Assembly: GCF_009914755.1 (NCBI RefSeq) | Contig: NC_060947.1 | From: the human T2T-CHM13v2.0 reference genome, Homo sapiens | Reading direction: 5' to 3' (one strand) | Length of the DNA: 64,000 nucleotides | In this document: one piece after another, positions 1-14,992 of the stretch | Layout of the letters: every line of letters begins with the position of its first letter | How positions within the stretch are numbered: position 1 is the first letter of the stretch | The notes under the pieces: generated by a model | What the model saw: the letters and a program-made list of their open reading frames with translations, nothing else | What the model was told of the DNA's origin: nothing | The model's database searches: none | Translations under genes and position numbers: made by a program

Positions 1-3
1 GGC

Positions 4-300
4 GGCTGGGCACAGTGGCTCACACCTGTAATCCCAACACTTTGTGAGGCTGAGGCGGGCAGATCAACTGAGGTCAGGAGTTTGAGACCAGCCTGGCCAA
101 CATGGTGAAACCTTATTTCTACTAAAAATACAAAAAAATTAGCGAGATGTGGTGGCTCATACCTGTAATCCCAGCTACTCAGAAAGCTGATGCAGGAGAA
201 TGGCTTGAACCTGAGAGGCAGAGGCTGCAGTTAGCTGACATTGCACCATTGAACTTCAGCCTGCGCAACAGACTCCATCTCAAAAACAACAACAACAACA
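4..300 (+). mobile_element. Alu (AluS/J-type), full length with (CAA)n tail
   Basis: Starts GGCTGGGCACAGTGGCTCACACCTGTAATCCC, has the central A-linker CTACTAAAAATACAAAAAA, ends GACTCCATCTC plus A/C-rich tail. Confidence 0.95.
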
Positions 301-333
301 AGACTCCATCTCAAAAACAACAACAACAAAAGA

Positions 334-2090
<1,757 letters not shown>

Positions 2091-2344
2091 AGTTTTAAGT
2101 TCTCTGGGTATTCAGGAAAGGGAGTGATTGTTTTCCCCATAGGTGATATGGCGTAGGGACAAGGGATATATAAGTAAGGTTCTATATGATTGTGGGTATA
2201 TAGATCTCTATCTTTATGCCTTATTGACCACTCCCCCTTCTATAATAGCCAATAGACTTTTTGCCTAGAGATACCATTTTGCATCTAATTATATTATGGC
2301 TGCTAATATTTGTTGAATGTGGCAGGTTTGCTGTTAAATTTGCT

Positions 2345-2731
2345 CTGTTATAAGATAAACTTAGGTATATTACAATTTTAAACATTTTCTTTGAGCAGTC
2401 AACAATTCATGAATCAGGCAGCACCAGACCACAAGAGGTTTAGCACTCCACTAAAAGGGCATGAGGTGACAACTTTTATAAGGTGTTTGGAGAAACAGGG
2501 CGAATAAAATATTTGATTGGTTAAAGTGGAAAGTCTTTATTTAGAGGTTAGTTGGCAGTTTCTGATTGGTAAAGTCTCTAGTTAGAGGCTAACTGGTTGC
2601 TTCTAATTGGTTAAGCTTAAGTTTCATTTTATAATTTACATTAAATTGGGTTTTGGTTTGCTAGAAACTCAAGGTGCTGGAGCTCTCTCAGCCTAATTGC
2701 CTCCCAATTAACTGTTTTTTTTTAAAAAAAC
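2345..2731 (-). mobile_element. ERV1-class solo LTR, MER93-like
   Basis: Reverse complement reads TTAATTGGGAGGCAATTAGGCTGAG...AAACTTAAGCTTAACCAATTAG...ACCAATCAGAAACTGCCAACTAACCTCTAA, matching the recalled MER93 consensus with repeated CCAAT boxes. Confidence 0.75.
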
Positions 2732-4249
2732 AGCTAATTATTTGTTGCTTCTTAAACTAGATGGTAAAATCTTGAGGCCAGGCCTAAACATTTCTTGTCA
2801 TTGCACATAGGGTTTAGCCTGGACTGAGCACACAGCAGAGGTTCAGGAAATATATATTGGTTGATTCCAAAATTAAACTAAGTTAATTTGAGATGATCTG
2901 TTGTTTGTGTTTGCTTTTCCTCTTCTCCTTATAATCAGTGTTTAGATAATTAAGAAATTACTGTGAAAGTTAAAATTTCTGCCTGCTTTTCATTTAATGA
3001 GAAATGCATTTTCTAAACTTCATCTCAATCATGTGTCTTACTTTATTTCTTAAGAGCTAATTTCTGCTGATTCCTGGGCTGGTCAAGACTGTTGTATTTA
3101 TAGTTTCAAATTGAGGAGATTTTTTAATTAAGATGTATACTTTAGTGAGGTTGTGATGCAAGTTATAGTCTTCTACATAGTTCAGAATAAGAGAATTCAG
3201 GTATAAACAGATGCGTTTTACAGAAGTTAGGCAGAGTAGATGCTGACAAGTAAGTGAACTGAGCTATTTCCAAGCAACAAAGGTAAAACGGGAAATAGGT
3301 TCGGTTGTAGTTTTCCTTATATTAGAAGAGCTATTTTACAAAATTATGGGTGCACACAGTTTTTCTTTCCTGAGATTAAGCTCAAAAGGAAATTTATCTC
3401 ACCAGTTCTTTTATAAACCACTTTGAATAACATTAAACAATATCTTCAGTGAGAGTTTTGCAGAAGGTACAGCAACTCTATTTAAATAAATGGATTGTCT
3501 CTCAAATGCAAGACTGAAGGTAAAATGTTAAATTTTATTAACAGTATAAACATTTCTCAAAAATATTCAAATGATATGATCTAGATATTTTACTTTGTGC
3601 TGACCCAACTTCATAAGGTCTAGACTCTAGAGGTAAAAAATGATTATTTTGAGCCAGTTCACTACAGGTGCTCGGGAGTTACCAATTCAGAATTGAGCAC
3701 CTATAGTAAACATGACTTTTGTGGTTGATTAATGCCAGAGTGGCACTCATGATATTCTAAATGTGATGGGGAAAAGCCGCTAATCAATTAGGAAAGTTTC
3801 ACAACAGGATTGTGTTCCCACTTGGTGAGAAGACCAATTCATCTCCACAAGAGGTTGGATGGCAGCAGTATTCAAAACAAAGAGTCAGGAGTCTTTACAA
3901 GAAAGAACTTTTAATATTTTCAAACATTCAATATGCAGTTTATTATTTGAGACTCTAGTATCTTGTGCCTAATAGCTGGAAAACCTAGGATGTTTATTGA
4001 GTAGTTTTTAGTAATGCACTAACAAGCGACTATAATTAATGCATTACAGCCTATAAATCTAGGCCTTTCAAAAAACGTTTGTGCAAAAATGCACATTTCC
4101 TCTAATCTAAAATATAACTGGAAAGCAAGTATAGGGAAATTTGGCACATATATATGGACATAAAATATAAATTATATATTATTTAAAATATGCACATTAT
4201 GTAATACATCACATATTAATAGATACTTGATAAATATATAAATAAAATA

Positions 4250-4859
4250 AAGTGGTCTCTTGGTATCCATGGGGGATTGGTTTTAGGACTCCCTGTGGGT
4301 ACCAAAATCCACAAATGTTCAAGTCCCTTATATAAAATGGCATTGCATTTGTATATAACCTATGCATATCCTCCTACATACTTCAAATAATCTCTAGATT
4401 ATTTACAATACCTAATACAATGTGGATGCTATGTGCATAGTTGTTATATTGTATTTTTTTTCTCCAGACGGAGTCTTGCTCTGTCACCCAGACTGTAGAG
4501 CAATGGTGCAATCTCAGGTCACTGCAACCTCCGCCTCCTAGGTTCAAGCGATTCTCCTGCCTCAGCCTCCTGAGTAGCTGGGATTACAGGTGCATACCAC
4601 CACGCCCAGCTAATTTTTTGTATTTTTAGGAGAGATGGGGTTTCACCATGTTAGCCAGGCTGGTCTTGAACTCCTGTCCTCGTGATCCGCCCACCTTGGC
4701 CTCCCAGCGTGCTGGGATTACAGGCGTGAGCAACTGTGCTTGGCCTGTTTTTAATTTTTTATTTTAATTGTTGTTTCTTTAATTTTTTTTCAGAATATTT
4801 TTGATCCATGTTTGGTTAAATCCACGAATATGGAACTCATGATTATGGAGGGTCAACTG
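4250..4859 (+). mobile_element. MER2 (TcMar-Tigger MITE) interrupted by an Alu
   Basis: 5' end TGGTATCCATGGGGGATTGGTT...ACCAAAATCCAC...CAAGTCCCTTATATAAAATGG. 3' end ...ATGGAGGGTCAACTG. Both match the recalled MER2 consensus. Confidence 0.9.
4454..4745 (-). mobile_element. Alu (AluSg/Sc-like) inside MER2
   Basis: Antisense dimeric Alu sequence. Confidence 0.95.
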
Positions 4860-5419
4860 CTTATATTTGATCATAGGGCACACAAATGACCTCATCCCTT
4901 TCTACCTTTAAAGATATAAGCCCTTAAGGTCTCACATCCAGGTAGGTTTTCTCTCTGTGTCAGTCTCGCTGTGTCTTCGTATCTGTCTCTTTCTCTCCTT
5001 TCTTGTGCTGGGCAAGACTTTTAGTTCCCTGAGTTTTAATTATCCCATCGAACTAATGGCTGAATATTCAGATGCTGGTAAGAGAATTTTTTTTCTTGCC
5101 TCGAGGTCTTTCCATTTATTATGCCCACTGCAGAATACTCTTCTTGCTCCATCTCTTTCTGGTTTAGCTCCTAGTCGTCGTTCACAGCCCCATTTAAAAT
5201 TCCCTTCAATCAAGAAGTCTTCCCTGAGAGTTACATTGAGACTGAGATTAAATCCCTCTCTTATACATTCCTCTAGCATCTCTTATTTAAGACATTCACT
5301 GTTGTAAAAAAGTTTCAAACATATTCAAATGTAAGGAGAACAGTATAATGAGGACCCACTGAAGCATACTTTCTAACTTTCCACAGTCTGGTAAATTCCT
5401 TTCTCAAAATTTGTCTTTG

Positions 5420-5545
5420 AATTTAAGTTTCATGATGTCAAGAGCCATGGCTGACTTGTTATTGCTTTATCCTTAGTGCTTAGAACAGTAGTGGATATAC
5501 AGGAGCCATTTAATAAAGATGTGTTCAATAAATGAATGCATCAAT
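5420..5545 (+). mobile_element. L2 3' end
   Basis: ...AGTGCTTAGAACAGTAG...TAATAAAGATGTGTTCAATAAATGAATG, a typical L2 terminus. Confidence 0.65.
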
Positions 5546-5775
5546 CAACCAGTGAGAGTGATAGCAAGGTTTGCTTTTATGGTTTTTTGTTATTAACAAG
5601 AGAGTGATATAAACATCTTTACTACTTATAAGAAAATAAAAAAAAGAGCTAAAAATACAACAGAGGGCAACATGGAGAGATGGGATTCCTGAAGATGTCA
5701 AGGTGGGCCTACAGAGGTTAATACGGGATTTGCCTAGCTAATTGCCCTGCATGTCTCTGCTTGGATGTTGTAGAG

Positions 5776-5833
5776 CAAGCTTGTCCAACCTGGGGCCCAT
5801 GTGACCCAGGGAAGACAAAGGATTGGACACACT
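5776..5833 (-). mobile_element. Internally deleted MER30 (hAT-Charlie) mini-element
   Basis: CAAGCTTGTCCAACC...CCCAGGGAAGACAAAGGATTGGACAC gives both MER30 ends. Flanks TTGTAGAG / TTGTTGAG fit an 8-bp hAT TSD. Confidence 0.7.
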
Positions 5834-5937
5834 TTGTTGAGGTATCTCAAATTCAAATAATTCAAAATCTATTTCTCGTCTTTTCTTCCAGATCTGTTCT
5901 CCCTATTTTAATTAGTGTTTCTATTATGCCCTCAGGT

Positions 5938-6090
5938 GAGAATCAGGAGATCTTGATTCTAGTCCTGACTTCCCTACTTGCTTTCTGGATAAATCACTTG
6001 ACCTCTCTCAGCCTCAGATTTCTCATCTGTAGAGTCATAGAACAAGACTAGATGACATCAAAGGCATTATCCTACGCTTAGATTCAGAGT
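5938..6090 (+). mobile_element. MIR
   Basis: Core AAATCACTTGACCTCTCTCAGCCTCAGATTTCTCATCTGTA. Confidence 0.75.
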
Positions 6091-6269
6091 CTAATCCTGA
6101 GCCATCTGAAATTCTTCTATTTTCCTCATTTAACATATCCAACACACTGGCAGGTTTGCTCAAATTTTGTTCAGAATCTCATCTCTCTTCTAGATTAGTG
6201 TACTAGCCTAGACTCTTTGTGACTCCTGTACACAAATATGATCCAACCCTTCAGTATCCCCCTGGTATT

Positions 6270-6770
6270 TAATAAAGTCCCAACTGCTTAGCCTAGCATT
6301 TGTGATTCTCTAAAATCTAACCTGAACCAACCTCTCCAGCCTTGTTTCTTACTTCTACACGGACCTGACAATCCAGCAGTACTAAATTGCCCTCTTTTCC
6401 CCCATGAAAGGACTATGCATTCCCACCTTTCTGTCTTTGCCCATGCTAGTTTCTCCACCTAAAATGCATTTTATTCCATTACTGCATGTGTTGGGCCTCT
6501 TAATTCATTAAATGACAGCTCAAATGCCACTCCTCCATGAAACTTCTTTTTATTCTTTTAGCCAGAAATGGTCTCCCTGCTTTCTGAATACTTTGTATTT
6601 TATCGTATATATCTCTTTCTGTCTTATATGAAGTTCCCACGGATGTCTGACTAGACTGTAAATTCCTTGATGGACAGGACCAATGTTTTGGTCACCCTTT
6701 TTCATCCCATAGTAAGTTGCTCTGTGCCTAGCACATTGTGGACACATGATAAATTGTTTAAATGTATGAA
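6270..6770 (+). mobile_element. L2 3' region
   Basis: CAGCTCAAATGCCACTCCTCCATGAA...CTAGACTGTAAATTCCTTGATGGACAGGACC...TGCCTAGCACATTG, all L2 motifs. Confidence 0.75.
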
Positions 6771-6829
6771 TCTATTTCTAAAATTTATAAATTTTCTGTA
6801 GTCCATAATTTTTTTAGGTACTCCAAAAC

Positions 6830-7577
6830 TGTATTAGTCAGGGTTTTTTAGAGAAATGGAACCAATAGGAATGGGCTCACATGATGATGGAAGCTGAGAA
6901 GTCCCAAGGTCTGCTGGAGACCTGGGAGAACCAATGGTTTAGTTCCAGTTGAAAAGCCAGCAGGTTTGAAGAAAAGCTGATTTTTTTTTTTTTTTTTGAG
7001 ACAGGGTCTCCCTCTGTAACTGGTGTCCAGTGGTACAATCATGGCTCACTGAAGTTTTGAACTCCCGGGCTCCAGCAATCCTCCCATCTCAGCCCCCAAA
7101 GTAGCTAGAACTGCAGGCATGTGCCATTATGCCTGCTTAAATTTTTTATTTTTAAATTTTTTTGTAAAGACAGGATCTCACTATATTGCCCAGGCTGGTC
7201 TCAAACATCTGGCCTCAAGCAACCCTCCTATCTTGGCCTGCCAAGGTGCTGGGATAACAGGTGTAAGCCACCATGCCCAGCCTAGAAAAGCTGATATTTT
7301 GGTTAGAGTCTGAATATAGGAAACGACTGATGTCCCAGCTGGAAGGAAGTCAGGCAGAAGGAATTCTCTCTCTCTCTCTTATTCAACCTTTTTGTTTTAT
7401 TCAGCCTCTCAGCAGATTGGATGAGGCTCACCAACATTGGGTAGGACAATCTGCTTTACTCAGTCTACCAATTCAAATATTAACTCCATCCAGAAGCATC
7501 CTCATACATACATAGATATTTAGGTGATGGGGTACCCTGTGGCCAAGTCAAGTTGACACATAAAATTAACCATCACA
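6830..7577 (-). mobile_element. MLT2B-like ERVL solo LTR interrupted by an Alu
   Basis: Termini TGTATTAGTCAGGGTT... and ...CAAGTTGACACATAAAATTAACCATCACA. Confidence 0.88.
6981..7282 (-). mobile_element. AluJ inside MLT2
   Basis: Antisense Alu with J diagnostics (CTCAAGCAA). TSD GAAAAGCTGAT on both sides. Confidence 0.92.
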
Positions 7578-8029
7578 CACACACAAAAATCAGTGAAATT
7601 TTAATCAGTTTTTCTCTCACTTCAGCTATTGCAGCTATTGAATACTCTAAAGTGATATAATGTAGCAGGGCATTCTTTGTAAATAAGTTAATAAGTATAA
7701 ATTATTTGTGAAACGTTTGGGCATATCTACGCCAAAGCTCTATGACTCTTTTTAACTTGATGCATAGGCTTCCTCAGGTTCAATTACAGCAACCAGGGTA
7801 TTTCTCCAAATATCAGGGATAGAACCTGGCACTAGCATTCAACTTCCAAAAGGATTGGTATCTGAGTTATACACCTATAGGTTCTGGTGACCCATTGAGC
7901 TATACCCTAAGGGTGGCAACTTTATAGTGGCATGGGTGTATCTTGGAATTGACCCTTGAGGACAACTATCTTTCGTTTGTTACTTCATAGTAAACTTACT
8001 ATATTATATAGCCAGAGGGCATGAGAACT

Positions 8030-8380
8030 TCTATAGACTGTTTGTGTTCCCCCTGAATTCATATGTTGAAACCTAATCCCTAATATATTGATATTTGGAG
8101 GTGAGGTCTTTGAAAGGCAATAAGGTTATAAGGATGGAACTCTTGTGAATGGGATTAGTGCCCTTATAAATGAGGGCCCAGAGAACTCCCTTCTGCCCTC
8201 CAGTATGTGAGAACAGACCATTAAGATAGCACCCTATGATTCAGGAAGTGGGCCTCACCAGATACTGAATCTGTCTTGATTTTGGACTTCTCAGCCTCCA
8301 GAGCTGTGAGAATAAGTTTCTGCTGTTTATAAGCCACTGACCAGGTATTTTTGTTAGAACAGCCAGAATGGACTAAGGCA
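8030..8380 (+). mobile_element. MLT1A-like MaLR solo LTR
   Basis: ...AATTCATATGTTGAAACCTAATCCC...GAATGGGATTAGTGCCCTTATAAA...GGACTTCTCAGCCTCCAGAGCTGTGAGAATAA...GGACTAAGGCA. Confidence 0.88.
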
Positions 8381-8437
8381 AAGACTGAGGATGACTTCAC
8401 TATTAGCTAATTTGTTTTGCTTTTGATCTGTGTTTAA

Positions 8438-8809
<372 letters not shown>

Positions 8810-9026
8810 TGACTCTTTTGACATTGTGACATGCCTTCATCATTAGGTGATTCTGTCCACTGGAACAAATACCATGCAGGAAAAAATCAAGGGTGAGAGC
8901 CATAGCTAGAGCAGCACAATAGTGTTAAATTTGTATTATTTTGTATAATTTGATGAGTTATTGATAAGTAAATGCTGACCCCCATCCTCATTATGATCAC
9001 AAGGCCTGTGAAAGAAATGGGAAGGG

Positions 9027-9345
9027 GGGCCGAGCACAGTGGCTCACACCTGTAATCCTAGCATATTGGGAGGCTGAGGTGGAAGGATTGCTTGAGCCCA
9101 GAAGTTCAAGACTAGCCTGAGCAACAAAGTGAACCCTGTCTCCACAAAAAATGCAAAAATTTGTGGGGTATAATGGCATGTGCCTCTAGTCCCAGCTATT
9201 CAGGAGGCTGAAGTGGGAGAATCACCTGATGCTGGAGAGGTCAAGGCTACAGTGAGCCGTAATTGTACCACTTCACTTCAGCCTGGGTGACAGAGTGAAA
9301 CCTCATCTCAAACAAAACAAAAGGAAACAAAACAAAAAGAAAAGA
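9027..9345 (+). mobile_element. AluJ
   Basis: TTGAGCCCAGAAG is a J diagnostic. TSD AAAGAAATGGGAAGG at 9011 and 9341. Confidence 0.93.
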
Positions 9346-10309
9346 AATGGGAAGGTGATGGGGTTTTCATTTGTCAGCCGAAGAACCCTGGTGACTCATG
9401 TAGGCACAGAAATATTACCACTTATGACTTCTTCTCCAATTAGGAAACAGTTTGTCATCATAAGTGCATCTTAGGCAGGTCTGCAGAAATCCTTAACTCC
9501 TGACAGGCACTCCATGAGGAAGTGCAGAGTGCATTGTCAGAAAGTCTTTGCTACATTGGAAGCAAGAGGGGCCAGGTTAAGCAGGACTGGGGAGCAAAAC
9601 ATCTGTATATTTGTCCAGATTGATAACTCAGTTATGGGCAGCTATGAGTCTATAATGTCTCCTTTCAGTGGAGACTTACTTGTTGATTTGGTGTCCATTT
9701 TTGTTGGGTGCATTTCTAGCATATTGTTGAATGCGCAGATATCAATGACATCTGATTTGTGGTAAATGATCCTCCTGATCAAAAAGTATTCTAATGACCA
9801 AGCAATAGCAAAGTCTACTTTCAAGGGCATACAATTTACAGAGTTAACAAGGACAAATTGAGATTCCCTAAGTATCCAAACTACTGCAATCATTGTAATC
9901 ACTGCAGGAGTCAAGTCTGTAATGTGGCACTTAGGATGTGCTCTTAGCCTAAGGGTCTAAATTCATATGATTCGAGCTTGTTATTTGTTTATATGCCACG
10001 AAATAAAAAACTGGAAGTAGATTGAGCAATAGAGTCACCTCATATTTTTAGCATGCAAGTTTCCAAAATCAAATTCTACAAATTTGATAAGAAGCTTGGT
10101 TTTAAGCCAGGGTCTTAAAGGCCTGCCCCCTCAGACCTTTAGAGTGGGATAGGAATCGAAATGAAAAAAGTGGGCTGAGGGAAGACTGGGACAAAGTGGA
10201 GAGTCTGTGTCCTATCTTCAAAGGCCTGAAATTCCTTAACCCCAGCCAAGTGACTGCCTTTTGGGAATATGGGTCTTGTGTGGCTACTCTCTATCATTTA
10301 AAAAAAATA

Positions 10310-10966
10310 TATAGACGCCAAAGGAAATCAGTATATGGAAGAGATAGCTGCACTCCCATATTTATTGCAGCATTGTTCACAACAGCCAACATTTGGAAGC
10401 AGCCTAAATGTTCACCAGCAGATGAATGGATAAAGAAAATGTGGTACATATACACAATGGAGTACTATTCAGCCATAAAAAAGAATGAGATCCTGTTATG
10501 TACAACAACGTGGATGAAACTGGAGGTCATTATGTTACATGAAATAAGTCAGACACAGAAAGACAAACTTTGCCTGTTCTTGCTTATTTCTGGGAACTAA
10601 AAATTAAAACAAACTCACAGAGATAGAGAGTAGAAGGATGGTTACTAGCAGCTAGGAAGGGTAGTGCGAAAGTGGGGAGAAAGTGGGGATGGTTAATGAG
10701 TGCAAAAAAATAGAAAGAATGAATAAGACCTAGTGTTTGCTAGCACCACAGGGTGGCTACAGTAAAAAATAATTTACTTATACATTTAAAAATAACTAAA
10801 AGACCATAATTGGATTGTTTGTAACACAAAAGATAAATGCTTGAGGGAATGGATACCCCATTTACCCTGATGTGATTATTACACATTGCATACCTGTATC
10901 ACAATACTTCATGTAACATGTAAATATATACACCTATTATGTACCCACAAAAATTAAAATAAAAAA
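10310..10966 (+). mobile_element. L1MA (L1MA1-3-like) 3' end: ORF2 C-terminus and 3'UTR
   Basis: ORF track reads ...[18 protein letters not shown]...[23 protein letters not shown], the L1 ORF2 C-terminus. The 3'UTR ends in an A-rich tail. Confidence 0.9.
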
Positions 10967-11069
10967 CCCCTGAAAATCCAGATTTTTTTCTGAAAAAGCT
11001 TCCTGATCTTTAGGTGCTGGCAGCACACGCTCTAAGGCTTGGTTTGGCCTGGAGATTACTAATCTCTAG

Positions 11070-11990
11070 TTTAGTAGCAAGAGCAGTAGACTAGAAATCA
11101 GAAGACCTGGGTTCAAGCATGCTATCTCCTATACTTGTGAGGTCTTTGACAAGTCACTTCATCTCTGTGGGCTCCTTTTTTTTTTCTTCAACTTTTATTT
11201 TAAGTTCTGGGGATATATGTGCAGGATGTGGAGGTTTGTTACATAGGTAAATGTGTGCCATGGTAGTTTGCTGCACAGATCATCCCACCACCACCAAATT
11301 TAGCTAGGTTGTGTGTTTAAGGTATTAAGCCCAGAGTCAATTAGCTATTCTTCCTGATGCTCTCCCTGGCCCCACCTCACCTCCAACAGGCCCCAATGTG
11401 TGTTTTTCCCCACCCCGATGTGTCCATGTTTTCTCATCATCCAGCTCCCACTTATAAGTGAGAACATGCAGTGCTTGGTTTTCTGTTCCTGTGCTAGTTT
11501 GCTGAGGATAATGGCTTCCAACTCCACCTATATCCTTGCAAAGGACATGATCTTGTTCCGTTTTATGGCTGCATAGTATTCCGTGGTATATATGTACCAC
11601 ATTTTCTTTTTCCAGTCTATCATTGATGGGCATTTAGGTTAATTCCATGTCTTTGCTATTGTGAATAGTGCTGCAATGAACATTCACGTGTATGTGTCTT
11701 TATAATAGCATGATTTATGTTCTTTGGGTGTATACCTAGTAATGGGATTGCTGGGTTAAATAGTATTTCTGCCTCTAGGTCTTTCTTTGAGGAATCTCCA
11801 CACTTTTTTCCCCAATGGTTGAACTAATTTACATTCTATGGGCTTCTTTTTCCCCCTCTGTAACATAGAGAAAAAATGCCTACCATAATTGTGCCACAGA
11901 ATTGTGTCAATGAGATGAATGATGGTGTATGTAAAAGACCTTTGACATAGGCCAAATGTTAGACAAATGTCTGAGTCAGTGAATGTTGCT
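11070..11990 (+). mobile_element. MIR split by an L1P insertion
   Basis: GACTAGAAATCAGAAGACCTGGGTTCAAG...AAGTCACTTCATCTCTGTGGGC resumes after 11836 as ...CTGTAACATAGAG...GAGATGAATGATG. Confidence 0.7.
11176..11835 (-). mobile_element. L1PA (old, about PA13-16) 3' end, 5'-truncated
   Basis: TTCAACTTTTATTTTAAGTTCTGGGG...GTGCAGGATGTG...CCCACTTATAAGTGAGAACATGC. Approximate TSD CTGTGGGCTCC / CTATGGGCTTC. Confidence 0.9.
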
Positions 11991-12796
11991 TTGATACACA
12001 TCAGGGATGATGGTAAAGTTAACTAATTTTCTGCCAGCTTTATTAGCCTAAGGAAAAGACTCAAGGAATTTTTGAAACTTTAAAGCCAAAAGACATTCAC
12101 ATTTGGGCAAAATGTTAGAAGGTTGTGAGCCAGGGCAGCATCCTCAGACTAAGGGCTGCCTGTGCTTTGAAGAGAAGAGGTAGTCTTTTTAAAGTCAATA
12201 GCTGTGGGCCATAAGTTGATTATTGAGTGGAGGTAGTGGTGCATGGTGGGAAGGGCAACCTGGTCATCTAACCAGGTGCTCCTCAGCTTTGAGAGAGATC
12301 ACTTGAAGTCATTAGCTCTGGTAAGATGAGCAATGCAATTTATAGGTGTGAGTCCTGGCTTAAATTGTAAAAGATGCTTGGTGCTAGAGTCATTTGTCAC
12401 GCAGAAGCTCAGAGAAGCCATAGGTTGCAGATTTCAGTTCAGCAACTGCATGAATAATTCACCAGTCATTTTGTCAGGTTAGAGCAACCAGTTTTTCTCT
12501 CTCAAATTCTTAGACCTAGCTGTTAAGAATTACCTGACAAGAAAGTGGGCACTTCTACACTGCTTTAAGGCTCAGAAATGGCAGATGGAGAGATGTACCT
12601 TCTTGAACTTATTTTTCTAACTTACCTGCTGTTATTTTGTTCTGTCCTATTTAATTATATTTTCTTAGTTATTGATTAAGTAGACTGGATTTGAATAATT
12701 TACTCTATGAATAAGAGGGCCAGTGTTGATTCTTAAAATCACTTTGCCATTCTTGTAAAACTTGTCTTCTCATTCGTTTTGAAAACAAATCTTTAG

Positions 12797-13365
<569 letters not shown>

Positions 13366-13392
13366 AAAAAAATTGTGAATTACTTTGCATGA

Positions 13393-13771
<379 letters not shown>

Positions 13772-14939
13772 TAATTATAAAAGTAACATATGCTCATTAT
13801 GAAAAATATTCAAAGAATACAGAATATGTAAACAGTAAATGGTCCCCATTTACATCTCACTGTGACTTCTCCCTTATTTCACATGTTTCTCAGAAGTAAC
13901 AACAGTAAAAGTCAGGTGTGTATTATTTCAGAGCTTTCTTTATGTAAACACAGACATATATAGAAATGAGTAGTTTTTTAAGAGAATTGCTATATTATAA
14001 AGGGCAATTTAACTCTATAGAAGGATCCACCCCCCACTCAGGTAAAACAGTCTCTAATCCTATTATGTAAATGAGTGGAAAAAAGACATATCACTTAGCA
14101 GAATTTCATGTATTGGCAGATTTTGTTCTAGCTATAAATAAATGTACTTCTTTTATTAATAGGTTAAGCTTTATCGAGATCAGAAAACAATATGATGTGT
14201 CCGAATTGCTCCAATGTGTAATGACTGACCACTTTAAGTTATGGCCATTGAAAGCAACTTGAAACAACTTAAAAGATTTATCAATGCTATATTTTATTTG
14301 CATGCATTTCACATGCATTTTGAGAGGAAAAAGCAAACCCATTTAGGCCAAAGAAATCAGCTTGTGATTTTGGTTAATTTTTAAAGAGTCAAGAAAAAAT
14401 AGATCATTTTGAAGTAAAGCTTATCTTGTGACAACATTTAGTTCCATTAGCTTTTACTGAATGATGAGTAGTAGGAGTTCTCAATATATTTTGAAAGGAT
14501 TCTCTCTCTTTTTTACTCTGGAACATCACCAGTCACCCCTCTCCGCCTCCCTCCTCTGTTCAGTTTTATGTAAACTTTTGAATATAGTCTCTGTTTCTCC
14601 CAGATGCTTCATATTTACTTCCAGCAATGCCAGGGACTGAAGATCTCAAGAGTGACCCTTCTTTGTTTTCTCTCTGATTCACTTTTAAGGCGCATGAAAA
14701 GCACTAGGCTGACAGCTCTGGAGGCTCAAGACCTGTTGATCTCTGCACCATGTGCAGCATGGACCTTCTCTGTCCCATTAGCAGTAGTTCTCCCTTTGCA
14801 CCTGCAGGAACCAGCATGGGGCAAAGGCCAGGCTGCTCCATCCTTGGTGCTTTTCCTGAAAGGAAGCAATTAACCAGGATTCAGGGGTAGGCCCTTTCTG
14901 TTTCTTCTAACACTTCTCGCCTACTTCTCCTTTACCCCA

Positions 14940-14940
14940 A

Positions 14941-14972
<32 letters not shown>

Positions 14973-14992
14973 ATACATGCATACACACATAC
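14940..14992. repeat. (CA)n microsatellite
   Basis: Direct observation. Confidence 0.95.

Noticed and set aside
7578-8030. Sequence next to the MLT2B LTR as its own ERVL internal region
   Set aside because: The LTR is on the minus strand while the weak dUTPase-like trace is on the plus strand, and no polypurine tract is evident at the junction. I treated it as a solo LTR.
14585-14873. Acceptor-like TCTCTGTTTCTCCCAG followed by an 89-aa ORF
   Set aside because: No convincing donor site or protein similarity. Such acceptor-like strings are frequent by chance.
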